Source: a virus. From it: 60,249 nt of DNA. Where the stretch lies: IMG/VR virus record IMGVR_UViG_3300037510_000266, positions 1 to 60,249 of that record, one strand, 5' to 3'. Shown here one piece after another: positions 20,101-28,266 of this stretch. How positions within the stretch are numbered: the stretch's first letter is position 1; each line of letters opens with the position of its first letter. The notes below the pieces were generated by a model, which searched no databases, was not told the DNA's origin, and saw only the letters and a list, made by a program, of their open reading frames with translations. The position numbers and the translations under genes were made by a program.

Positions 20101-20784
20101 GAGAAGGCGGCACCCAAGGCACGCGCTGGCATCGTCGCTTCCAGTGCCGTCATCGGCAAGCGTATCTTTGATGACGGCGAACCCGATGCCCCGAAGGGCG
20201 CTACTCGACAAGAGCAAGCTGCGGTGCGTATCCGCGAGATCCTGGCTGCGAATCAACGCCCGGAGCTGATCACGGCGATGGTGCGCCACGAGATGCGCAA
20301 TGTTGTCGATCCGGATCTCGTGGCCGCGGCCGAGAAACATCTGATCGCACGATTCGCACATCTCGCATCCGTGGTGCCTAAGCCTCCGCCGGACAACGCG
20401 TATGCGCAGCGTCCATGGGTTCCGTCGATGGCAGCAACGCATGAACTCGAGCAGCGCTTGGCGGTGATTCACGATCCGTCGCATGCGCTGTCGGGTCCTG
20501 TGAGTCCAGCTGCGGCGGATACGTTTCGTGAGGCACATCCGCAGCTGTATCAGCTGGCGAAGGATCGCCTCATCGATCGCGTGAGCGACCTCAAGGAACC
20601 GATGCCACGTGAGGATCGACTTCGCGCCTCGGCGTTGTTCCAGATTCCTATCGACATTTCGCTCGATCCGTCGCATATCGCGATTGTGCGTGCGCCGATC
20701 AAGCCGGACGTGGCGCCGAGCATGGCCAACGTTCCAGATCTGAGTTCAATGTACAACCCGCAGAATACCAGGATCAAGTTATGA
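17152..20784 (+). CDS. Giant internal virion / ejection protein carrying ParB-like and ADP-ribosyltransferase domains
   Basis: 1210 aa, GTG start directly after the upstream TAG. Gly/Ala-rich hydrophobic N-terminus and Ala-rich helical regions. An embedded low-GC cassette is listed separately as domain features. Confidence 0.6.
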   Translation: MGLYRSPTGAIESIDDDKASSALASGYVPVTSAQSGAPVESDATGGILGTLNAGATSVLSGATLGLSDVALRGILNRGDMRRLAADREANPIVSGAGQVAGAILPSLVAPGSILGQAPAGVLSRATAPLVERGGLSALAAGGIEGAAQNAGAYLSDVALGNRDLSAEGIAGAVGGGFAFGVGGGVVAMGIEKGTMAARRMFARVADGGERAANEAEQAWMTQYQATIEAHDAAVNAAKAQLAAARAAREDAALARNRAAATTAETRINAPQIDAERASAQAFDELAAKEAAIKAAELPPVKVGNIDDLERLIFGQQEAKSELDDLMRQVESPAVETAPVGEVHEPETVKSNIPDYSTIKDYEKKFDDYLEQTIPARSIAERGYYEPPGREGIDSVRMRNARKAISEGQRDAIKLGVSEDGKVVLSDGRHRLQAAIESDSPVKVKWFSSSSPASHDVLRTGEIVKPAMGSASYDAYKSSFVKGLSKEEIDAAKAYSGGSHASINRAIENQAEMSAKNAENTRLLDSLISRSSLPEDMTVFRGIQSDEIFDKYSKLNPGDVFSHGRFTSTTASDELPREFYGNVEMRIKLHKGDHAAPIPALKSQERELLLPRDQKFKLTSLQNFGGKRLIVNVEAVNESSNLEYLLRGTSERVASGESLKSIGAPSAAEYAANKSTKSEAASRAFRERAAFKERAGIGSARRSYKVKQLEIAHDAAIDRAATAIDPAERATATYEANAIEQQLAIAGRASSAPDDIARLAPAIEKYERKSAELTEGLGEAAPQTAREHAAAFRAAEDEADRKVTDRATRAVDDSVHPPTGKGTIINPQDFERVFGKPMPLPPTSAEALASAKQDQLASSAAYKRAKATETEAKINARRATDARKAIPERPKAIPPVPREASTLGSIATAIGVAGELGIPGIPKPEDIPVIGPLLGAYIKYRAIKATAGRFVGRVAATGDTRAAALAARTKDKIVTAVDRTLGLAEKAAPKARAGIVASSAVIGKRIFDDGEPDAPKGATRQEQAAVRIREILAANQRPELITAMVRHEMRNVVDPDLVAAAEKHLIARFAHLASVVPKPPPDNAYAQRPWVPSMAATHELEQRLAVIHDPSHALSGPVSPAAADTFREAHPQLYQLAKDRLIDRVSDLKEPMPREDRLRASALFQIPIDISLDPSHIAIVRAPIKPDVAPSMANVPDLSSMYNPQNTRIKL
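18271..18489 (+). other. ParB/Srx-like domain inside the ejection protein
   Basis: ..IDSVRMRNARKAISEGQRDAIKLGVSEDGKVVLSDGRHRLQAAIESDSPVKVKWF. The DGRHR motif is at 18427-18441 (aa 426-430). Confidence 0.55.
18556..19062 (+). other. R-S-ExE ADP-ribosyltransferase domain (Alt/C3/VIP2-like) inside the ejection protein
   Basis: YSGGSHASINRAI (aa 494-). TVFRG with Arg540 at 18769-18771. FTSTT with the S-T-T at 18850-18858. QERELLLP with Glu604-x-Glu606 at 18961-18969. Confidence 0.7.
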
Positions 20785-21245
20785 GCATCTCAGGATACGG
20801 ACATCTGCTTACTCCGCTTACCTCGGCCGGCGTCGAAGTCACTGCGGAGAAGCGCAATGGCATATTCACGCTAACGGCAGGCTCGACGTATTATTACGTC
20901 TGGGGCGGCGCATCGGCTCCTACGCAGCATGTTCAGTTGACGGGGTACACAGCCGGACTCGTCATTACTTCGGCGACGATTCAGACGTGCAGTCAGCCGA
21001 AGTCGGCCGTAAGTGACGCAAGCGCTACCGTCGGAGAATGGATCAACGAAGATCCGACCGATGGCGATGCACGCGTCGATGGCACCGGATGGACGTCTTC
21101 TGCGGCGGTGGCAGCGGCTAACGGATCCGGTCTTGGCGGCGCATCGTGGCACTTGCAGCAATGGGGCGTATCTCGTACTCGCCTCGCGGTGGTTGTAGGT
21201 GGCACTGGTGGTGATGTCGCCGTGGCGTGGAGTAGCAAAGAATGA
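20781..21245 (+). CDS. Hypothetical virion protein
   Basis: 154 aa, ATGA overlap with the upstream gene. Confidence 0.55.
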   Translation: MSISGYGHLLTPLTSAGVEVTAEKRNGIFTLTAGSTYYYVWGGASAPTQHVQLTGYTAGLVITSATIQTCSQPKSAVSDASATVGEWINEDPTDGDARVDGTGWTSSAAVAAANGSGLGGASWHLQQWGVSRTRLAVVVGGTGGDVAVAWSSKE

Positions 21246-22807
21246 TTAAGCCATCCATAGGATCATCAATAGGGGCGCGTATCGGTCATCAGGAGTCGCC
21301 CGATCCGTTGGTTGTGATGATCGGCGACTCTCTGGTCTACGGAACCGCCGACGCTAACAACATTGGGGCCGCGCAGTGGTTCGACGTCGATTCGGCATTC
21401 GCTCCGGTGACATTCGCATCGGACCAGGCCGCGAACACCAACGACCCGCCGCCATTCGGAGCCGAAATCGGACCTGAATCTCTCGTTGCCTACAACCCTG
21501 GGCTATCGCCTGGGTTCGGTTTCGAGATAACGCTGATGAAGACACTCTATGCGCTGTCGCCGAAGTACGCCTATCTCGTCAAATGCGGCATCATCAGCGC
21601 GCTCCTCGACGCGCACTGGTTGCCGACGGCGAACTACCCGACGACGTCACCGAACCTGTATGCGTCACAGATCGCGCGCATCAAGGCGTACGAGACTTCT
21701 ACGGGGCGGCGCACGGCCATCGTCATCGTCGTGCTAGGTACGAATGACGGAAGCTCAAGCGGAGCCGCGGGCCGCATGGCGGCGAACATGGCAGCGATGG
21801 TCACGCAGTTACACAGCGACTTCCCGGACGCGGTCATTGTGTGGCCGCTCGTGAACATCAACACGGTGCAGACCCCGGACAACATCCCGACGGTTCGCAC
21901 GCAGATGCTGACCTACGCGGCGACGGCACCTGCGTACTTCATGATGCCTAACATCGATCATTTCCAGCTCGCGGCTGGCGACCCGTTTCATTGGGACACG
22001 CCATACGTGCTCGCAGCAGGCCACACGTTCGCATATGCGGCATATGACCTTGCCGGAAGGACACGACCATCGGTAACCACGACGCCTGCCGTCGTCGGAA
22101 TCGGCGTGCCGCTCAAGGCGGACGGTGCGTCGGCGACGCTTACCCCGTTGCCCGAAGCAGGAACGCTAGATGGTGACACGACGCTGGCGTTCTGCATGAC
22201 GCAATCCGTGACGCCCGGCGGCGGAGCGGGAACTCAGACCATCAGCTGCTCTGCAGGATGGACGATCGTGGCAGGAGCAAGTGGTCAATCATCGGCGACT
22301 GGGTTCACTACCACTTGGGCCGTCTACAAGCGCAAGGTTCCGACTGGCGAGGTCGAAACCGACAGCTTGTCGCCGAGCAAAGATCGTCGCGCAGCCGCGC
22401 CTACGTTCACGATCGCAAATGGTGGCGACAGTGTCGCGCAGGTGATCACGGTGCGCGGACCGACCTCAGGAGCGCAGGACGTTGATGCTTCGCAGCTCGC
22501 CTCGCTCAACGCCTTCAGCACTGGTCCACACACCGTGCCCGCGTTCTCGACGACATCGGACCATGACCTCGTGCTCTACTTCGTCGGCGGCGGCGGATCG
22601 CCGGGCAATGCCTCAACGCTTACCGCGTTAGGTGTTACCGGGTTAACGAAGATCGGAGAGGCAAACTTCGCGTTCACAAGCGGCGACAACGTTGTCCTCG
22701 GCCTCTATGCCAGCTCGAAGGCATTGGCTGGCTCGGTCGGCACGGCCTCGCTATCGTTCACCAATGCAACTCTGGTATTCGCCAGCGCAATTGCACTCAA
22801 ACCGTAA
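21242..22807 (+). CDS. Tail protein with N-terminal SGNH/GDSL esterase domain
   Basis: Block I VMIGDSLVYG, block III VLGTNDG, block V DPFHW (DxxH). About 270-aa Ser/Thr/Gly/Ala-rich C-terminal part. Confidence 0.65.
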   Translation: MIKPSIGSSIGARIGHQESPDPLVVMIGDSLVYGTADANNIGAAQWFDVDSAFAPVTFASDQAANTNDPPPFGAEIGPESLVAYNPGLSPGFGFEITLMKTLYALSPKYAYLVKCGIISALLDAHWLPTANYPTTSPNLYASQIARIKAYETSTGRRTAIVIVVLGTNDGSSSGAAGRMAANMAAMVTQLHSDFPDAVIVWPLVNINTVQTPDNIPTVRTQMLTYAATAPAYFMMPNIDHFQLAAGDPFHWDTPYVLAAGHTFAYAAYDLAGRTRPSVTTTPAVVGIGVPLKADGASATLTPLPEAGTLDGDTTLAFCMTQSVTPGGGAGTQTISCSAGWTIVAGASGQSSATGFTTTWAVYKRKVPTGEVETDSLSPSKDRRAAAPTFTIANGGDSVAQVITVRGPTSGAQDVDASQLASLNAFSTGPHTVPAFSTTSDHDLVLYFVGGGGSPGNASTLTALGVTGLTKIGEANFAFTSGDNVVLGLYASSKALAGSVGTASLSFTNATLVFASAIALKP

Positions 22808-22818
22808 AGAAAGACCTC

Positions 22819-23568
22819 ATGCGTATCATCAAGTCAGGATCGTTTGTCATTATCGCATCTCTCGTCATGCTGACCGGTGTCAGGGCCGCGTTTGCAGACG
22901 CTACCTCTCCGCTGCTTGCAGCAAGCGATCCGGATATCGCCAAATGGATCACGGCGATCGGCGTCGCACTTGCTGGCATCGGACTCATGTTTCATGGCCT
23001 ATCCAAACTGCTCTCATCGATCGCTCCATTTACCAAGACGACGCTCGATGATCGGTGGGCAGTGAAGTTCGAAAACCTTGCGAGCTCCATCGATGCGATA
23101 GTGAGCGGGGTAGCCAAGGTCTTCGAGATCGTGTCAGGTCCGTATGCAGCCCAGACCCCACCCAAGACCTCGCCGGAGCCACCGCGCAACCCGCAGTCTG
23201 GCCGCGTGAATCTGACCATGCTTGCGTTGATCGCGCTCGTTGCGGTGTCGATCACGACGATCGAGACGAGCGGCTGTGCCACCGTACAGCGCGGAAGCGA
23301 AGCAATCATCAGTTGCGTACAGTCGGCGGATGCCACCAAAATCTCCGCAGTCGAGACCGAGATCAAGAAGCTTACCAACTGGTCCGATCGATATGCGCAT
23401 GCTGCTGCGTACGGTGCCGTTATCGGAGGATGTGCGCTGCTCGACGTCGCGTTCACCTCGCCATCGGCTGCGTCGTTTCTGCCCGACGAGGGCCGCGCGA
23501 CCTTCGAGCGGTTCCGACGCGAGGTTGCCGGAGGCGCGCAGTATCAGACGAGCGCTGGCGTCCAGTGA
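22819..23568 (+). CDS. Membrane protein of the lysis cassette (holin-like candidate)
   Basis: 249 aa. N-terminal signal or TM segment, second TM WITAIGVALAGIGLMFHGL, third hydrophobic segment LTMLALIALVAVSITTIETSGC. Directly precedes the endolysin with a GTGA overlap. Confidence 0.45.
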   Translation: MRIIKSGSFVIIASLVMLTGVRAAFADATSPLLAASDPDIAKWITAIGVALAGIGLMFHGLSKLLSSIAPFTKTTLDDRWAVKFENLASSIDAIVSGVAKVFEIVSGPYAAQTPPKTSPEPPRNPQSGRVNLTMLALIALVAVSITTIETSGCATVQRGSEAIISCVQSADATKISAVETEIKKLTNWSDRYAHAAAYGAVIGGCALLDVAFTSPSAASFLPDEGRATFERFRREVAGGAQYQTSAGVQ

Positions 23569-24134
23569 CGTCCGACGAAGCCGTGGCCCGTGCTCTGGCG
23601 CTTGTCGGCCATGGCGTGTATCAGCTCGGAACTGGCGACATTGACACTCCAAACGATGGCGAGTTCGATTGCTTCGGCTTCGCTGTGTGCAAGCTGTTCG
23701 GAATTCGTCGTCATAGACTTGGCTTCAACCGCGGCCCATGGGCGACAGTGAGCGACGATCTCAACTGCAACAGCGCGATCGAGGACTCGACGCACCATCA
23801 GGACCTGTTCGAGCCGATCTTCACACCGTTCCCCGGCGCGCTGATCATGTACCCAACGATCTATGACGGGCATGGCAAGATTCGCGTGTTCGACGGTCAT
23901 CTCGCGATCGGTCACGTCAAGATCGTGGTGAGCGTCGATCGGTGCCTCGAGTGGGACCATGACAACCCAGACTGGTCACTGCTCGATACCGTCGAGTGCC
24001 GCGGACCAAACGGCGCCAAGCCTGGCATCATTGCCGGCACCGGTGCCGGCATGGTCGCGCACGACCGGCGGATGAATGCGATGCCGTGGGCCAAACCAGA
24101 GCATCGTACCGCGATGCTACGTGTGTTGTCGTAG
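23565..24134 (+). CDS. Endolysin, NlpC/P60- or CHAP-type cysteine peptidase
   Basis: GTG at 23565 overlaps the upstream stop. DCFGFAVCK resembles the catalytic DCSGF box, with a downstream HLAIGHV His. Last gene of the late strand. Confidence 0.55.
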   Translation: MTSDEAVARALALVGHGVYQLGTGDIDTPNDGEFDCFGFAVCKLFGIRRHRLGFNRGPWATVSDDLNCNSAIEDSTHHQDLFEPIFTPFPGALIMYPTIYDGHGKIRVFDGHLAIGHVKIVVSVDRCLEWDHDNPDWSLLDTVECRGPNGAKPGIIAGTGAGMVAHDRRMNAMPWAKPEHRTAMLRVLS

Positions 24135-24138
24135 CGCG

Positions 24139-24372
24139 CTACTCGTTCCTCGCGATGGCCGCGTTCGCCCACATGACGGTCTCTTCGAAATGTGCCAATG
24201 CAAGCAACTGCTCGCGTGACGACGGAGTCTCAGTGGCGATCATCGTAGCAAGTTCCTTCGCCTTGTCGCGAATGGCGACATAGCGATCGCGCTGATCCTC
24301 CTTCGGCGCGTGATACGTGAATGCGAAGTTGATCTGATCGGTGACTCGTTGTTGTAGTTCGTACTTGGACAT
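24139..24372 (-). CDS. Hypothetical small helical protein
   Basis: 77 aa. GGAAG lies 6 nt upstream of the ATG. C-terminal ..LLALAHFEETVMWANAAIARNE. Conserved-looking, but I cannot name the family. Confidence 0.6.
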   Translation of the reverse strand: MSKYELQQRVTDQINFAFTYHAPKEDQRDRYVAIRDKAKELATMIATETPSSREQLLALAHFEETVMWANAAIARNE

Positions 24373-24382
24373 AGTTACTTCC

Positions 24383-24449
24383 GTGGATCTGACAGGATTC
24401 GAACCTGTGTGCGTTGATGGAAACGCGCTCTGCCAGAGCCCAGATCCAT
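24383..24449 (-). tRNA. Degenerate tRNA-like element (CAT in a 6-nt loop)
   Basis: Read on the - strand: acceptor GGATCTG/CAGATCC, T-arm ACAGG-TTCGAAT-CCTGT, anticodon stem GCGTT/AACGC with a 6-nt loop TCCATC, reduced D-arm, 2-nt variable region. About 64-67 nt in total. Confidence 0.3.
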
Positions 24450-24540
24450 GTGCCGATCGTTTGGTAGACGCTATCTTTGATCGATCGATGGCAGTGTTTT
24501 GGTCGCCGGTGATCGTCGCATCTCAATCGGCATGCTCGGC

Positions 24541-24753
24541 CTACGTATCCGTAGGCTCGTGCGCGCTCCGCGCTGCGCTATCTGAAGTCCACGTCATCGA
24601 CATACGCGCTGGTATGCGCTTCATTTGCGATGCCGAGTCACTCCTCGCGATCATTGACACCCACACGGTCAGCGGAGCTTCGCATTGGCTGCACTGACCA
24701 TAGATTAACTGACCATAGAGCGCCATGATCAGCAATGTGATAAAATAAATCAT
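24541..24753 (-). CDS. Possible small membrane protein (doubtful)
   Basis: 70-aa ORF starting 4 nt after the upstream stop. Hydrophobic N-terminus MIYFITLLIMALYGQLIYGQ. The remainder has the Ser/Ala/Arg-rich look of a chance high-GC frame. Confidence 0.25.
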   Translation of the reverse strand: MIYFITLLIMALYGQLIYGQCSQCEAPLTVWVSMIARSDSASQMKRIPARMSMTWTSDSAARSAHEPTDT

Positions 24754-24756
24754 TGG

Positions 24757-25029
24757 TTATGTACCTTGATGATGTATTCGTTTACATGAAATTCCGGAAT
24801 CTGCGAATCCTAACTCATGTACAGATCCAGGCATAATCGGATCGCATTCCTCTTCTTGCTCGTCAAATCCAGAAAATTTAACCACGCGAATTTTTACTCT
24901 GCGCTCTGAACGTCCATCATCTGACCATTGAACCATACCATCATCAATCAACTCTCCTTCGACAAATCTTCCGAATTCTGGCCATTCCCAACGCACTAAA
25001 TCTCCGATTGAAATCTTATCTTCGTTCAT
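24757..25029 (-). CDS. Hypothetical protein (AT-rich island)
   Basis: 90-aa ORF. A sampled 60-nt line at 24841 has 23 G+C by hand count. Confidence 0.55.
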   Translation of the reverse strand: MNEDKISIGDLVRWEWPEFGRFVEGELIDDGMVQWSDDGRSERRVKIRVVKFSGFDEQEEECDPIMPGSVHELGFADSGISCKRIHHQGT

Positions 25030-25032
25030 TGC

Positions 25033-26157
25033 TTAGAATGGCAGATCATCCTTACCAGAGTCAAGCTGATCGTACTCCTCGAATGACTCCTTTGTCTTGC
25101 GCGTCATGCCGCCATCGGCTTCGACGGCGTCAAACACAGCTTTCTGTATCTTGGCGAACTGGCCGCGCTTGACCAGTGGCTTCACGACTTCATCGAATCG
25201 CGTTTGCGACACACTCATCACGACGGCCATGTCGGCGACTTCGCGGCCAAGCTCCGGGTGAGCTGAGATTGCCGCGTGGACCTTGGCACCGTCGTATACG
25301 CGGTTACCCTCGCTGATGACCTTGCCGAACACCTTACCCGACCGTAGCTTGATGGGCTCGCGTGCCGCTTGCGCATAGATCTGCTGTCCGAGTCGCTTGT
25401 GCAGAATGCCAACGCGCTTCCATAAGTCGAAGACGTCGGCTGCATCCTGGTAGCGCAACAGATCGATCTCTGGATGATCGTCGTCGAGCTTCGCCAGCGA
25501 CTTCAACTCGTCTTGCTTCGGGCAGTTGCTAAACGCGTTGCACCATCGACACCATCGCCCGATGTTGAAAGCGATCGGCTTCCCGTCACGTGCATCGGTG
25601 CGTACGCGCGTAATCTCAAGGAGCCGCTGACGCGTCTCGTGGGCGATGACGTCGAGATCGAACACCGGATCCACTTCGGCGACGTCGAGACCTCCGATCT
25701 TGGGAGCGATGGCCACCTCGATCCGGTCCGCCGTCGCGACGCGTGCCGCGGCGAGCGCCAAGAATCGCACCTGTGGGTTGCGCGCGGCCGGTGTCACGGC
25801 CTCGTAGCCCTTCTTGTCGATGACCACGAGAACGCCGGGGCCTCTGCCCTCGACGTCGATGGTCCCGGGCGTCTCAAACGGCGCCAGGTTGCCGTAGGCG
25901 CGCTTGAGTCCTGTACCGAGGAAGCGCGACGTGTCGCTGGATACGTCGTATGCATACGATACCTCGGCACGCCACGTCTCTACTTCGGGCCAGCGCTCAA
26001 GATACGCATCCGGTACGTCCCCGGCGTTGATGGCGTCCTCGTCGGCGGCATGGTCCGCCGTGCCACGAAGGCTGTGCTCGTTGTCCTCTTGTACGTGCGG
26101 AACCGTGAGCGATCCTGGGCATCGCTGCGCGAGCTCGAATCCAGATGCAGAGATCAT
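25033..26157 (-). CDS. PD-(D/E)XK exonuclease, Cas4/RecB-like
   Basis: 374 aa. VVIDKKGYE resembles the D/ExK core. Cys cluster RWCRWCNAFSNC is typical of Cas4-like nucleases. Adjacent to the Sak4-like ATPase and SSB. Confidence 0.6.
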   Translation of the reverse strand: MISASGFELAQRCPGSLTVPHVQEDNEHSLRGTADHAADEDAINAGDVPDAYLERWPEVETWRAEVSYAYDVSSDTSRFLGTGLKRAYGNLAPFETPGTIDVEGRGPGVLVVIDKKGYEAVTPAARNPQVRFLALAAARVATADRIEVAIAPKIGGLDVAEVDPVFDLDVIAHETRQRLLEITRVRTDARDGKPIAFNIGRWCRWCNAFSNCPKQDELKSLAKLDDDHPEIDLLRYQDAADVFDLWKRVGILHKRLGQQIYAQAAREPIKLRSGKVFGKVISEGNRVYDGAKVHAAISAHPELGREVADMAVVMSVSQTRFDEVVKPLVKRGQFAKIQKAVFDAVEADGGMTRKTKESFEEYDQLDSGKDDLPF

Positions 26158-26321
26158 GGCTTGGCCTCACGATCACGCAGCCACTGATTGTGACACTGCC
26201 AGCACGGCTCCTCTGTAAAGTCGCGCGTCGTGTTGTGCTTGCTGCACGTGACGATATTTTTGTAGCCAACAACCGAGCGATCGTGCTCGGTAGTCAATCC
26301 GGCCTGTGGCTCATCAATCAT
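26154..26321 (-). CDS. Hypothetical small Cys-containing protein
   Basis: The ATG at 26321 is preceded by GGAGG with a 7-nt spacer. 55 aa, contains CWQC. Confidence 0.55.
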   Translation of the reverse strand: MIDEPQAGLTTEHDRSVVGYKNIVTCSKHNTTRDFTEEPCWQCHNQWLRDREAKP

Positions 26322-26380
26322 CGTAAGCCCTCCACGGAACATGCGACAGAGTCGCGCACTCCAGGGATGCTCACGACATA

Positions 26381-27592
26381 CTACGCGGCGGATCCGTCGC
26401 TTGCGCCATCGACGATTGGCGGCGCACTACCATGGCCGAACTTGCACACGTCGCCGCTTGGCGAACGGAATTGAGGCTCATGGCACACCGAGCACAGCGT
26501 GCCAGTCGGCTCGTTTTTGACGAGTCTGGCCACAGCCGACACGATGCGCTGATCCTCGGCAAGCGACATCGATGCCGCAAACTTCTCTGCTTCGCGTTTG
26601 ATCCACTTGCCGCGCTCATCGTATCGCTTGCGGATCTCCGTCTTGAGCGACGGCACATCAGCCGCAAGCTTGCCAAGGTCGCCAACCAAAGCTTTCAGAT
26701 CTTGCTCAGATGCGGCAAGCTCGATGCGATGGAAGAGATCCGCCGAGCGTGCCTCGGTTAGATCCGGCATGTTCTCGACAGGTCTAGCAACCGGAGGAGC
26801 TGGCTCATCGCCATCGTTGACCCATCCGTAGATCTTGCGACCGAAGACATCACCTGGACGCTCGAATTTATCTCCGTCATGAATGACGCCATCAAGACGC
26901 GTCTTAACAACGGTAAGTGCGTGATCATGATCCATCACGCCGACAAGTGTAAATTCGTAACGAACTCCATCTCGCTGGATTTCTTCCATGCCTAGTTCGA
27001 CGATCTTGGTTTTACCCTTATCGTCGGTCTCCATCGCATGTGCCACCTTCATACGCATTGTGACGATGAGATGGCTCGGCGTGGACAGCATCGCATCCAC
27101 AAAGCGGTTGTGCTCCGGTGTGATCTTGCGCCACGCAGCCCAGCTGTTGGCGCCGCGTTCCTCCTCCTTCCCCTTGCGATCAAGGGATCCTCCAGTTCCC
27201 GCCCACGCATGAGAGATTGAGTCGGCGATCGTGATGTCGTACCCCTCCTTGGCGGCATCCTTGATCACGTTGATATAGGATTCCGGAGTGAACGGTGGGT
27301 TCAACTCGTCCACATCGATGGGGAATTTGCGCAGTTGTTTGATATACGCGTATCCGTCCTCCGGATTCATCGCGTCGTATCGAGCGCGTTCGGCACGGGA
27401 CATCGCATAGAGCTTCGCCGATTGCTGTTCGGAGTCGGCGACGGCAATGCGACCGACACCGCCGCGCTTGCGAATCTCATATGAGAGCGATGCCGCCGTG
27501 GCCATCGCCGAAAACGTTTTCCCGGTGCCTGGACCACCCATCAGTGCTAGCCGTAGGCGTACTTGCTCTCGGTATGCTGGTTTGAATGCCAT
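26381..27592 (-). CDS. Sak4-like (AAA_24/RecA-fold) recombination ATPase with C-terminal zinc ribbon
   Basis: Walker A LMGGPGTGKTF near the N-terminus. C-terminal CSVCHEPQFRSPSGDVCKFGH. Start taken at the ATG at 27592. Confidence 0.6.
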   Translation of the reverse strand: MAFKPAYREQVRLRLALMGGPGTGKTFSAMATAASLSYEIRKRGGVGRIAVADSEQQSAKLYAMSRAERARYDAMNPEDGYAYIKQLRKFPIDVDELNPPFTPESYINVIKDAAKEGYDITIADSISHAWAGTGGSLDRKGKEEERGANSWAAWRKITPEHNRFVDAMLSTPSHLIVTMRMKVAHAMETDDKGKTKIVELGMEEIQRDGVRYEFTLVGVMDHDHALTVVKTRLDGVIHDGDKFERPGDVFGRKIYGWVNDGDEPAPPVARPVENMPDLTEARSADLFHRIELAASEQDLKALVGDLGKLAADVPSLKTEIRKRYDERGKWIKREAEKFAASMSLAEDQRIVSAVARLVKNEPTGTLCSVCHEPQFRSPSGDVCKFGHGSAPPIVDGASDGSAA

Positions 27593-27603
27593 GGCGGTTG
27601 GCC

Positions 27604-28233
27604 TCAGAACGGAATAACGTCGTGACCGTTGGAGCAAGTCAGGTAGTCATCCTTGCTCCTGAACATCGGCGATCCGCAGTCCGCGCATGGATCGCCTGCT
27701 TTCTGTTCGGTATCTCCATTGCCAGGAGCTTCCCCAACGGAGCTACCAGGAGCCTCCCCACCGGAGCCACGCTGTCCACGACTGGCGCGATACTCCTCGT
27801 CGGATCGCTGAGCTTCTTCCATCATCTCGACCATGAGCGCATCGGTGTCGTCGGATGCCGGCCTGACGGCGCGCGCCGCGGCCTCGTTCGGGGCGATCTT
27901 GTCGACGGCCCAGAACCCATCGCCGAACTCGACCCAGCGAGCCTGGATGCGCACGGTCTTGCCGGCCTTCGCTGCATTCATGATGTCTTCACGGATCGTC
28001 TTAGGAGATTTGAACGCCCACCCGAGCACACGAAGTTTGTTGAACGTGAAGATGTTGTTCTTCGCGTCCCACTTAGTGACCTCGAACTTTATCGTCTTAT
28101 CCTTACAAGGACCTTCGGTGATCTTGAACGCCACCGAGGCGCATGGCGTCTCGACGCCTCCCTTGGTGATCATTCCATAAGATGCGTCTGTGACTTGAGC
28201 CGTGTACCATGATTCATTCGTGAAATCAGCCAT
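27604..28233 (-). CDS. Single-stranded DNA-binding protein (DUF669-like) with zinc ribbon and IPF tip
   Basis: 209 aa. Acidic and Gly-rich linker, CADCGSPMFRSKDDYLTCSNGH, and a terminal DVIPF like the SSB protein-interaction tip. Synteny with Sak4-like ATPase and exonuclease. Confidence 0.5.
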   Translation of the reverse strand: MADFTNESWYTAQVTDASYGMITKGGVETPCASVAFKITEGPCKDKTIKFEVTKWDAKNNIFTFNKLRVLGWAFKSPKTIREDIMNAAKAGKTVRIQARWVEFGDGFWAVDKIAPNEAAARAVRPASDDTDALMVEMMEEAQRSDEEYRASRGQRGSGGEAPGSSVGEAPGNGDTEQKAGDPCADCGSPMFRSKDDYLTCSNGHDVIPF

Positions 28234-28266
28234 ATATCCTCATTGTTGTCGGTTAATTCGGTGCGT

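Noticed and set aside
23055-23564. N-terminal 170 codons of track ORF 23055-24134.
   Set aside because: This part overlaps the 22819-23568 membrane-protein gene out of frame and is Arg-rich. The peptidase-like sequence begins at the GTG at 23565, which overlaps the upstream stop (GTGA).
24131-24142. Palindrome GTAGCGCGCTAC spanning the two convergent stop codons, considered as a bidirectional terminator.
   Set aside because: It has only a 6-bp stem with no loop and no U-tracts. It is probably a by-product of two facing TAG stops.
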